Positions 8,439 through 15,005 of a stretch of 38,237 nucleotides of DNA are shown in pieces. Position numbers and translations under genes: made by a program. Below the pieces are notes generated by a model. That model was not told the origin of the DNA. It made no database searches and was given only the letters and a program-made list of their open reading frames with translations. Position 1 is the first letter of the stretch; every line of letters starts with the position of its first letter. The DNA comes from a virus (Duplodnaviria > Caudoviricetes): positions 1 through 38,237 of the IMG/VR virus record IMGVR_UViG_3300046786_000124; one strand, given 5' to 3'.

Positions 8439-8648
8439 TTATTCTTGTTCGGTTAAGAATTGTTCATATTCTTGATTGGCCCAAGCATTAGCGGTCCATT
8501 CCGCATGATCCCAACAAGTAAATGTATTGGCCGGAACTTCGGATAAACGCGTTCCCCTATCAAGTATCCATTTGCCGGTTTTGGTTCTGCTAACCCGTAC
8601 CGCTTGCGCGTAGGGATTGCGTTTAACTTCAGATTTGTAAACTCGCAT
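8439..8648 (-). CDS. 69-aa early protein with its own promoter
   Basis: Start ATG 8648 (MRVYKSEV) after TAGGAG RBS. Confidence 0.7.
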   Translation of the reverse strand: MRVYKSEVKRNPYAQAVRVSRTKTGKWILDRGTRLSEVPANTFTCWDHAEWTANAWANQEYEQFLTEQE

Positions 8649-8693
8649 TTCACTTTCTCCTATAAGACCCCAAGAAGTTTGGGGCATGGTGTA

Positions 8694-8721
8694 ATTATAA
8701 GCCAACTAATAACTTATGCAA
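8694..8721 (-). promoter_or_regulatory. Second leftward sigma70 promoter with overlapping operator
   Basis: TTGCAT-16 nt-TATAAT; operator TATAAG-CCAA-CTAATA at 8696-8711, identical to 8352-8367. Confidence 0.8.
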
Positions 8722-8765
8722 GCCTTTTTTAAATTATTTTCTAAGTATTTACCCTAATATGTTGT

Positions 8766-8828
8766 TGTAAGGCAACTAATATATAAGGGTTTGTACTTAT
8801 GTACTTTTTCTATAAGTTGGCTTATAAT
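8766..8828 (+). promoter_or_regulatory. Rightward promoter and two operators upstream of the cro-like gene
   Basis: TATAAT 8823-8828; perfect palindrome TATAAG-TTGG-CTTATA 8811-8826; degenerate copy 8766-8781. Confidence 0.75.
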
Positions 8829-8833
8829 GGGGT

Positions 8834-8986
8834 ATGACAAAACAAGAATTATTAGCAAAGGTACGCAATCAAACCGAATTGGCGCAATTGCTAGGTATCA
8901 ACCAATCGGCTATTAGCCAATGGAAAGAAATACCCAAAGCGCGCCTATGGCAATTGAAGGTACTTAAACCGGAATGGTTCAAATGA
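8834..8986 (+). CDS. cro: Cro-like HTH regulator (50 aa); not in the ORF track
   Basis: MTKQELLAKVRNQTELAQLLGINQSAISQWKEIPKARLWQLKVLKPEWFK: LAQLLGI.QSAISQW HTH and IP..R..QL pattern; first rightward gene. Confidence 0.85.
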   Translation: MTKQELLAKVRNQTELAQLLGINQSAISQWKEIPKARLWQLKVLKPEWFK

Positions 8987-9180
8987 AAAATATAGAAAAA
9001 TACTTGTATTACAAATCGTTGATGATGCTATGTTTATCGATGGCCGCTGAAGAACAAGCCTTAGAACATTCCATCTATCAATTGCTTTCGTACCATGCTT
9101 ACAAAGATTTGGCACAGGCGCAATATTGGGCCATGATGCACAATGAACGCGAAATTTTGCACACGCTAATGATTCTTTGA
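8983..9180 (+). CDS. Hypothetical protein (65 aa)
   Basis: ATGA overlap with the cro-like stop. Confidence 0.5.
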   Translation: MKNIEKYLYYKSLMMLCLSMAAEEQALEHSIYQLLSYHAYKDLAQAQYWAMMHNEREILHTLMIL

Positions 9181-9186
9181 TACAAT
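9157..9186 (+). promoter_or_regulatory. Putative promoter for the MTase/replication operon
   Basis: TTGCAC-18 nt-TACAAT with an extended TGn. Confidence 0.55.
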
Positions 9187-9191
9187 TTTTT

Positions 9192-9259
9192 GAAACACGG
9201 CTAGGAACGGATTGATCCCCGTTCCGAAAAGGGTTCATCCTTTCCCCTGCCGCCGTTTC
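9192..9259 (+). ncRNA. Candidate structured leader RNA (three-way junction)
   Basis: Outer GAAAC/CGGC pairs with GCCG/GTTTC; inner stems GGAACGG/CCGTTCC and AAAGGG/TCCTTT. Confidence 0.45.
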
Positions 9260-9292
9260 TTTTCTAAAGGGTGTTTTAAGGATGAAAAAATT

Positions 9293-10228
9293 ATGGATGA
9301 ACTGTCTTTATACGGAACCGATCTGTTTGGTGATCCCATCAAACCGCGTGCATCCGGCGTTGTTGCGCAACGATTTACATTGCCCCCGTTTTCATTGCTA
9401 GATAGCCGCCAAGGCGAATGGCAAGAACGCAAGCGCGCTTGGCTTTCTTTGGGCCTTAAAAGCGATGCCGGCCGCGATGATGCCTATTGCTACCGCGGGG
9501 CTACTTCTACCGATGATTTCATGGGTAGCGAAATGGCAAAAATAGGAAGCGCGGTTAGCGTATTTGATCCCGTAGTTTGCGAATTAGCCTACCGTTGGTT
9601 TTCGCCAAAAGGCGGGCAAATTGTTGATCCGTTTGCGGGCGGTAGCGTTAGGGGAATTGTTGCCGGCGCTTTGGCTATGAATTATTGGGGATGCGATCTA
9701 CGCCAAGAACAGATCGATGCAAACAACTTGCAAGCCGATTTGATTGAAACCGCAATCCGGCCGCAATGGGTATGCGGCGATAGCATGGTAAAAATGGATG
9801 AAGCGCCCGAAGCGGATTTTGTTTTTTCATGCCCGCCATACGGCGATTTAGAAGTTTATAGCGATGATCCTAACGATCTAAGCAACATGGATTACCATGT
9901 ATTCATAGCCGCCTACAAACGCATCATTTTGCGTAGCGTAAAGGTTATGAAAGAAGATACATTTGCCGCTTTTGTTGTTGGCGATTTCCGCGATAAAAAA
10001 GGGTTCTACCGGAACTTTGTAAGCGAAACAATTGATGGGTTTGAACAGGCCGGCGCTAAGTTGTACAACGAAGCAATCCTAGCAACAAGCGTAGGTAGCG
10101 CGGCCATGCGGGTAACTAAGCAATTTGAAACCGGCCGCAAGATGGCTAAAACGCATCAAAATATGTTGGTATTTTGCAAGGGCGATTGGCGTAAGGCTAC
10201 CGCCAAAATCAACGCGGCGGGGGGTTGA
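9293..10228 (+). CDS. Amino (N6-A/N4-C) DNA methyltransferase-like protein
   Basis: SAM-binding DPFAGG followed by catalytic-type FSCPPY; likely start ATG 9293 after AAGGA. Confidence 0.8.
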   Translation: MDELSLYGTDLFGDPIKPRASGVVAQRFTLPPFSLLDSRQGEWQERKRAWLSLGLKSDAGRDDAYCYRGATSTDDFMGSEMAKIGSAVSVFDPVVCELAYRWFSPKGGQIVDPFAGGSVRGIVAGALAMNYWGCDLRQEQIDANNLQADLIETAIRPQWVCGDSMVKMDEAPEADFVFSCPPYGDLEVYSDDPNDLSNMDYHVFIAAYKRIILRSVKVMKEDTFAAFVVGDFRDKKGFYRNFVSETIDGFEQAGAKLYNEAILATSVGSAAMRVTKQFETGRKMAKTHQNMLVFCKGDWRKATAKINAAGG

Positions 10229-10229
10229 T

Positions 10230-11000
10230 ATGCACTACTACCAACATCACATAGGCGATTTTATTAAGGCTACGGCAAGGTTATCCGATGCGCAAACAAT
10301 GGCGTATTTGCGATTGCTTTGGATGTACTACGATAGCGAAAAGCCGCTTAAACCCGATGCTAAAGTTCTTGCATTTCAAATTGGCGCAACCGTAGAAGAT
10401 ACAGAATTGTTATTAGAAAGTTTTTTTGTATTGTGCGAAAACGGTTGGCATCAAACCCGATGCGATAAAGAAATTCAAGAATACAGGGAATTTTTGAACA
10501 AAAAATCTAACGCCGGTAAAGCATCTGCTGAACGAAGGAAGAACAACCGTTTAACAGGTGTTGAACAGGTGTTAAACAATAGTGCAACCGATGTGCAACT
10601 AACCACTAACCACTCACCACTAACCACTAACCAAGATAAGAAAGTACAACGCGGTTCCCGCATTGTTTCTGATTTTCAGTTTCCAAAAGAATGGGAAGAT
10701 TTTTGCGTTGAACAAAGGCCCGAACTTAACGCTAAAAAAACCTTCGAACAGTTTAAGGATTATTGGGTAGCCCAGGCCGGCCAAAAGGGGGTTAAGTTGG
10801 ATTGGTTTGCAACATGGCGGAATTGGGTTCGCAATACCAACGCGCCAAAGGTTAATTTTGCAGATATCGGCCGCGTAACCGTTCCAAGCAACAACCAACC
10901 CGATCCGGCTTTAGAAAAGATTAAAGCCGATGCGAAAATGGCCGCGCCAATCCCATTAGAAGTTTTGGCAAAGATGGCCGCATTAAGGGTTAAGCAATGA
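10230..11000 (+). CDS. Replication initiator, YdaU/DUF1376-like
   Basis: MHYYQHHIGDF...AYLRLLWMYY N-terminus, DWFATWRNW C-terminal motif, internal iteron-like repeats. Confidence 0.8.
   Translation: MHYYQHHIGDFIKATARLSDAQTMAYLRLLWMYYDSEKPLKPDAKVLAFQIGATVEDTELLLESFFVLCENGWHQTRCDKEIQEYREFLNKKSNAGKASAERRKNNRLTGVEQVLNNSATDVQLTTNHSPLTTNQDKKVQRGSRIVSDFQFPKEWEDFCVEQRPELNAKKTFEQFKDYWVAQAGQKGVKLDWFATWRNWVRNTNAPKVNFADIGRVTVPSNNQPDPALEKIKADAKMAAPIPLEVLAKMAALRVKQ
10549..10633. repeat. Iteron-like repeats, probable replication origin
   Basis: 11-bp-phased GTTTAACAGGT/GTTGAACAGGT/GTTAAACAATA/GTGCAACCGAT/GTGCAAC, then five CT(A/C)ACCA heptamers. Confidence 0.7.
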
Positions 11001-11119
11001 ACTACGAAACCGCTATGCGGATATTAGATCGGGTGCGGGATGGGGTTACATACCCGCAATGGGTAATCCTAAAAGCATTAGAACTAACCGGCGATATTGA
11101 TGGGCATGGAACACTTTAA
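10997..11119 (+). CDS. 40-aa hypothetical protein; not in the ORF track
   Basis: MNYETAMRILDRVRDGVTYPQWVILKALELTGDIDGHGTL; ATGA overlap with the initiator. Confidence 0.55.
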   Translation: MNYETAMRILDRVRDGVTYPQWVILKALELTGDIDGHGTL

Positions 11120-11312
11120 AGATTGCGAAGCGCGGGAATGGATAGCCCGTTACCGCAAAAAGCAATTGGAAGAAGGCAAAGGCGAAGCCATTGAATGGTG
11201 GGCCAAGATCATCAAAGATATCGCCGCCAAACGGGGCCAAGCCGCCGCCGATGATTTAAAACGCCGGATGAACATACAAAGGGAATCAAATGCGATACGC
11301 CGCAAGGGTTGA
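11106..11312 (+). CDS. Hypothetical protein
   Basis: MEHFKDCEAREW...; tightly packed in the operon. Confidence 0.6.
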   Translation: MEHFKDCEAREWIARYRKKQLEEGKGEAIEWWAKIIKDIAAKRGQAAADDLKRRMNIQRESNAIRRKG

Positions 11313-11556
11313 TGCAAACCAAGAACAGATCGTTAGCGCCCTACGGGCGGCCGGCGCTTATGTTTGGATTATTGGCCTACCGGTTGATCTTTTGGTTGGC
11401 TACCGCGGCCATACCTTTTTAGTAGAAGTAAAAAGTAACGCTAAAAAGCGTTTTACGGCCCTACAAGCCGATTTTTTTGAACATTGGGCCGGAAGTACCT
11501 TATGCCGCGTTGATAGCGCGGAATCGGCCCTAAGAATGATTGGGGTAATCAAATGA
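11290..11556 (+). CDS. VRR-NUC-like PD-(D/E)xK nuclease (possible resolvase)
   Basis: DANQEQIVSALR...PVDLLVGY...LVEVK. Confidence 0.75.
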   Translation: MRYAARVDANQEQIVSALRAAGAYVWIIGLPVDLLVGYRGHTFLVEVKSNAKKRFTALQADFFEHWAGSTLCRVDSAESALRMIGVIK

Positions 11557-11885
11557 ACGCACCGTACAAGGCTATAGATTTCATCATCGCTAACGCGCCT
11601 AAATATGCCAAGGCTAAAAGTGAGCGCATCTATTTGGAGGAATTTCGCAAGACAAAAAAGGCGCTTTTGATGAAAGTAGCAATGGAAGCCGGTTTCGAAA
11701 GCGCGGTTAGCCAAGAACGGGAAGCCTATGCGCATCCGGAATATCAAGAACTATTGCGGGGATTGGCCGTAGCCATTGAACAGGAAGAAGGGTTGAAATG
11801 GCTTCTTACCGCGGCGCAAATGCGTAGCGAAGTATGGCGTACCGAATCGGCTAACGAACGCCAAGGCGTTAAGGTAACGGAATAA
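11553..11885 (+). CDS. Hypothetical helical protein
   Basis: ATGA overlap; coiled-coil-like composition. Confidence 0.65.
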   Translation: MNAPYKAIDFIIANAPKYAKAKSERIYLEEFRKTKKALLMKVAMEAGFESAVSQEREAYAHPEYQELLRGLAVAIEQEEGLKWLLTAAQMRSEVWRTESANERQGVKVTE

Positions 11886-11893
11886 CCCTATAG

Positions 11894-11923
11894 TTGCGTA
11901 GGATATATAAGCCCGCTTATAAT
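11894..11923 (+). promoter_or_regulatory. Internal promoter with the same operator palindrome
   Basis: TTGCGT-18 nt-TATAAT; TATAAG-CCCG-CTTATA at 11906-11921. Confidence 0.7.
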
Positions 11924-11964
11924 TGGCCCATGCCGTTACATCACGGTCTAAACGAAAGCGCAAA

Positions 11965-12171
11965 ATGAAACACGCATCTACCAAGAAAAACAACCTTGTA
12001 GTTATGTTGGATGAATTTAACAATGTATGGATTGATAAAACAATTCCATCTACAGAATTGCAATGTATCCGCTATGTTTGCCATCGCAATTGGACGCACG
12101 CGATTGCTAAAGGTACGGTAAAAATTGTTACCTTGGCCCAATTTGCAGAAATGCCAAAGGTTGCGGCATGA
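11965..12171 (+). CDS. 68-aa early-type protein with its own promoter
   Basis: ATG 11965 (MKHASTKK); leader resembles those of the 8303 and 8648 cassettes. Confidence 0.6.
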   Translation: MKHASTKKNNLVVMLDEFNNVWIDKTIPSTELQCIRYVCHRNWTHAIAKGTVKIVTLAQFAEMPKVAA

Positions 12172-12263
12172 ATTGGCCGTTTCCCCCATTCCCAAACCCA
12201 AAAGATAAGGGCCATAAGCGCCCTAAATTCAATCCCGAAAACTTTGAGGATGCGCCGGTATGA
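12168..12263 (+). CDS. 31-aa Pro-rich peptide; not in the ORF track
   Basis: [31 protein letters not shown]; ATGA overlaps at both ends. Confidence 0.55.
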   Translation: MNWPFPPFPNPKDKGHKRPKFNPENFEDAPV

Positions 12264-12505
12264 ATGATTACGAATTTACATTTAACGCAACTACGGGCGC
12301 GGGAGATGAAACCGTTACTTGCCTTATGTCCTACGAACGCGATGAACATGGCCCGTACTTTGAAAACATTGAAACCGTTAAGTTTGAAGGTGTAGATGTA
12401 ACCGCTTTGATTTCTGAAGAACAGTTTGCCGATTTAGAAATGGTTGGCATTAACAAATTACGCGAACACATTAAAGAAGAAAACGAAAGAAGTTTAGAAC
12501 CATGA
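12260..12505 (+). CDS. Acidic hypothetical protein
   Basis: ATGA-coupled ORF, strongly D/E-rich. Confidence 0.65.
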   Translation: MNDYEFTFNATTGAGDETVTCLMSYERDEHGPYFENIETVKFEGVDVTALISEEQFADLEMVGINKLREHIKEENERSLEP

Positions 12506-12588
12506 GCAACAAGATAGTATTAACAACCATGTTTTTAATGCTTGCCGCATTTTGGGCATGGGTTATTTATGTTTGGGTTAAAGCATGA
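12502..12588 (+). CDS. 28-aa membrane peptide; not in the ORF track
   Basis: [28 protein letters not shown]; ATGA overlaps at both ends. Confidence 0.55.
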   Translation: MSNKIVLTTMFLMLAAFWAWVIYVWVKA

Positions 12589-12776
12589 TGCCTTCGATAG
12601 ATATGGGCGCAACCCATTCAACGCATAAATTTAAGTTTTGTACCAAATGCGAAACGGCCAAGCCGCCCGAAGGCGGGATAGAAATGGGCGTTAAATGGAT
12701 ATGCCAAAATTGTTGGAATAAACGCATAACCGGCAAAAACCTTCAACAAAACCGTAAAAATGCGAAAAAAAACTAA
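12585..12776 (+). CDS. Small zinc-finger protein
   Basis: CTKC...CQNC. Confidence 0.6.
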   Translation: MMPSIDMGATHSTHKFKFCTKCETAKPPEGGIEMGVKWICQNCWNKRITGKNLQQNRKNAKKN

Positions 12777-13221
12777 GCGCAAGATCTGGGCCTTACTCGA
12801 TCCAATTGCGCATAGCATCATTGGCGCATCGATTACCCCGCGCCAAACGCTAGATAAACTTCGGTTTACGGAATATGCGGCTTTAGATGCCATAACTAAA
12901 GGGTTGGGAACAATTCAAGATTGGCGCACATTGGTTGATGTTTTAAATCTATCGGAACAAATGGCCCGCGGTGGGATCGGAAAAGATGAAGTTTTACCGA
13001 TATGCCAAAAAGCCCAAACCGCGCTACATGAAGCGGCCATTCGTTACCAAAAAACCATGCGCATGGGTTTAGATGGGGTTGGGATACAGGCGATTAGGGA
13101 TTTGATCGAGTACGCGGACTTGCAACAAGGTAGCATTACCCGCGCAGAATTCGAACGCTATGTAAAGAAAACCAAAGATTACATTAAATCAAACGGAAAC
13201 CTAGTTGTTGAAATCGAATGA
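12760..13221 (+). CDS. Hypothetical protein
   Basis: 153-aa ORF in the operon with the genome-typical codon pattern. Confidence 0.65.
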   Translation: MRKKTKRKIWALLDPIAHSIIGASITPRQTLDKLRFTEYAALDAITKGLGTIQDWRTLVDVLNLSEQMARGGIGKDEVLPICQKAQTALHEAAIRYQKTMRMGLDGVGIQAIRDLIEYADLQQGSITRAEFERYVKKTKDYIKSNGNLVVEIE

Positions 13222-13547
13222 AATTCCCAAAACACCAATACATCCGTAGCCCTAGCCTATTGCGCAACGCCCGCGAAATCCCATGCCAACATTGCGGGGC
13301 AAACGATGGAACCGTAGTAGCGGCGCATACCAATTGGCAAGGCGGAAAGGGCCGCGGAATTAAGGCGGATGACAACCTTATTGCAAGCCTTTGTTACGGT
13401 TGCCATGCCGAAATCGATCAGGGCAAAAATTTAGATAAGTTTGAACGCCAAAAGATTTGGCTTGCCGCGCATTTAAAAACGGTGCGAAAATTACAGGAAT
13501 TAGGGCTTTGGCCCGAAGATATCCCATTACCCGAAGGATTAACATGA
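13218..13547 (+). CDS. DUF1364/YbcO-like HNH-fold zinc-binding nuclease
   Basis: PCQHCG...AAH...GKGRGIKADD...LCYGCHAEID. Confidence 0.7.
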   Translation: MKFPKHQYIRSPSLLRNAREIPCQHCGANDGTVVAAHTNWQGGKGRGIKADDNLIASLCYGCHAEIDQGKNLDKFERQKIWLAAHLKTVRKLQELGLWPEDIPLPEGLT

Positions 13548-13945
13548 AATTTCGCGCCGAAGCCGCCCAAACAAACGAAACCGATCCGGTTATGCAATTT
13601 GTTCAATGCCTATTGCATAGCGTAACCAATGCGCACATCCTACATTTTCAAACGCCTAGTTTTTCGGAACACATGGCTTTAGGAACTTTCTACGAAGAAG
13701 TAGGCGATTTAGTTGATTCATTCGTAGAAGCATTCCAAGGCAAATATGGTTTGCTTACAAATTACAAAGCGGAATATCAATTGCCGGCTACCGATCCCGT
13801 AATCTACTTAACCTACCTTAAAGATGAAGTAGAAACCTTACGCCGTATGCCTAAGTTCCCGCAAGATAGCGAACTTCAAAACGAAGTAGATAACATCGCT
13901 AATCTAATCAATAGCACCCTTTACAAACTACGATTCCTAAGTTGA
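13544..13945 (+). CDS. Ferritin/Dps-like four-helix protein (DUF5856-like)
   Basis: HILHF...SFSEHMALGTFYE...DSFVE pattern; ATG 13544 after AAGGA. Confidence 0.7.
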   Translation: MKFRAEAAQTNETDPVMQFVQCLLHSVTNAHILHFQTPSFSEHMALGTFYEEVGDLVDSFVEAFQGKYGLLTNYKAEYQLPATDPVIYLTYLKDEVETLRRMPKFPQDSELQNEVDNIANLINSTLYKLRFLS

Positions 13946-13946
13946 T

Positions 13947-14123
13947 ATGCCTATCCGTAAAACGCAACAGGGTTGGTATTGGGGAAGTAAAGGGCCATTC
14001 CCTACCAAAGCCAAGGCGCTTCAAGTAGCCCGCGCCGCGCACGCATCAGGATTTAAAGAATATGCCAACGATGCCATCAAACCAAAAGTGTTCCGAATTG
14101 GGGTGCAAAAACCCCCGAAGTAG
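13947..14123 (+). CDS. 58-aa basic hypothetical protein; not in the ORF track
   Basis: MPIRKTQQGWYWGSKGPFPTKAKALQVARAAHASGFK...; fills the gap and overlaps the HNH start. Confidence 0.55.
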   Translation: MPIRKTQQGWYWGSKGPFPTKAKALQVARAAHASGFKEYANDAIKPKVFRIGVQKPPK

Positions 14124-14508
14124 GCTTAACACCTACTGTTTAAATCACGGGGGATTAGATAATATGCCTACCCGTGATACCGATAGCGCCTACCAAACGC
14201 CGTTATGGAAAACCATACGCATGGCGCAATTAAGCAAGCAACCCCTTTGCCAAGGTTGTTTATCGCGCGGAATAGTAGCGCCGGCCAAACATATAGATCA
14301 CTTGTTCGCATGGAAGCATATAGGTAGCCATGCGTTTAGCCGCAACATCTTCCAATCCCTATGTCATAACTGCCATTCGCAGAAATCATCGCTAGAAAAA
14401 CAGGGCATCTATAGGCACTATGCCCAAGAAGGCCCCAAAGATTACGGCAAGCATGATTACGCATTTATGTTGCACCAATACAACACGCGGGCCGAAACAA
14501 GGGCCTAA
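14062..14508 (+). CDS. HNH endonuclease (HK97 gp74-like packaging cofactor)
   Basis: QPLCQGC...IDH...NIFQSLCHNCHSQK; directly upstream of the terminase genes. Confidence 0.85.
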   Translation: MPTMPSNQKCSELGCKNPRSRLNTYCLNHGGLDNMPTRDTDSAYQTPLWKTIRMAQLSKQPLCQGCLSRGIVAPAKHIDHLFAWKHIGSHAFSRNIFQSLCHNCHSQKSSLEKQGIYRHYAQEGPKDYGKHDYAFMLHQYNTRAETRA

Positions 14509-14633
14509 AGCCGCGAAAAACTAAAATTTCCGGCACTCTGTGGAAAGCAAGCGCGGGGCTCTTTCTGTAGAAAGGCAAAGTTAGGGGGGGCTATAAGGTT
14601 GCTAATAAACAACAAAGCGTTTAAGATAAAAAA

Positions 14634-15005
14634 ATGAAAAAAGCACCAAAACAAATAATCGGCTTTTTGCGTAATCCCGAAACATGGGATGCAAATGTTT
14701 TTGAAACGGCCATTAGAAACGAAGTTGAAAATTCAACGGGCGCATTAACCGCATCCGATGAACTGCTAGTTGGTTCATTGGTTCTAACCGTTGATACTTT
14801 GATCGAAGCGCATATTGGCTTGCAACAAAACGGCGCGATTTACCATTACAACGCGGGCGATGCGCCAAGCCCGTACTACAAGATAAGAACGGAATCTATG
14901 GATAAGGCCATAAAAATCCTAGCCGAATTGGCTTTAGTTGCTAGGGGCCGCCCAAAGATTAAAAACAAGGTATCCGAAGTAGATGAATTATTCGCAACTG
15001 CTTGA
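14634..15005 (+). CDS. terS: Terminase small subunit
   Basis: Size and position upstream of and overlapping terL; P27-like SPYY...LAELAL..R ending. Confidence 0.7.
   Translation: MKKAPKQIIGFLRNPETWDANVFETAIRNEVENSTGALTASDELLVGSLVLTVDTLIEAHIGLQQNGAIYHYNAGDAPSPYYKIRTESMDKAIKILAELALVARGRPKIKNKVSEVDELFATA

Noticed and set aside
8340-8830. Repeats as a mini CRISPR array
   Set aside because: The repeats coincide with promoters and operators, are spaced by whole ORFs, and no cas genes are present
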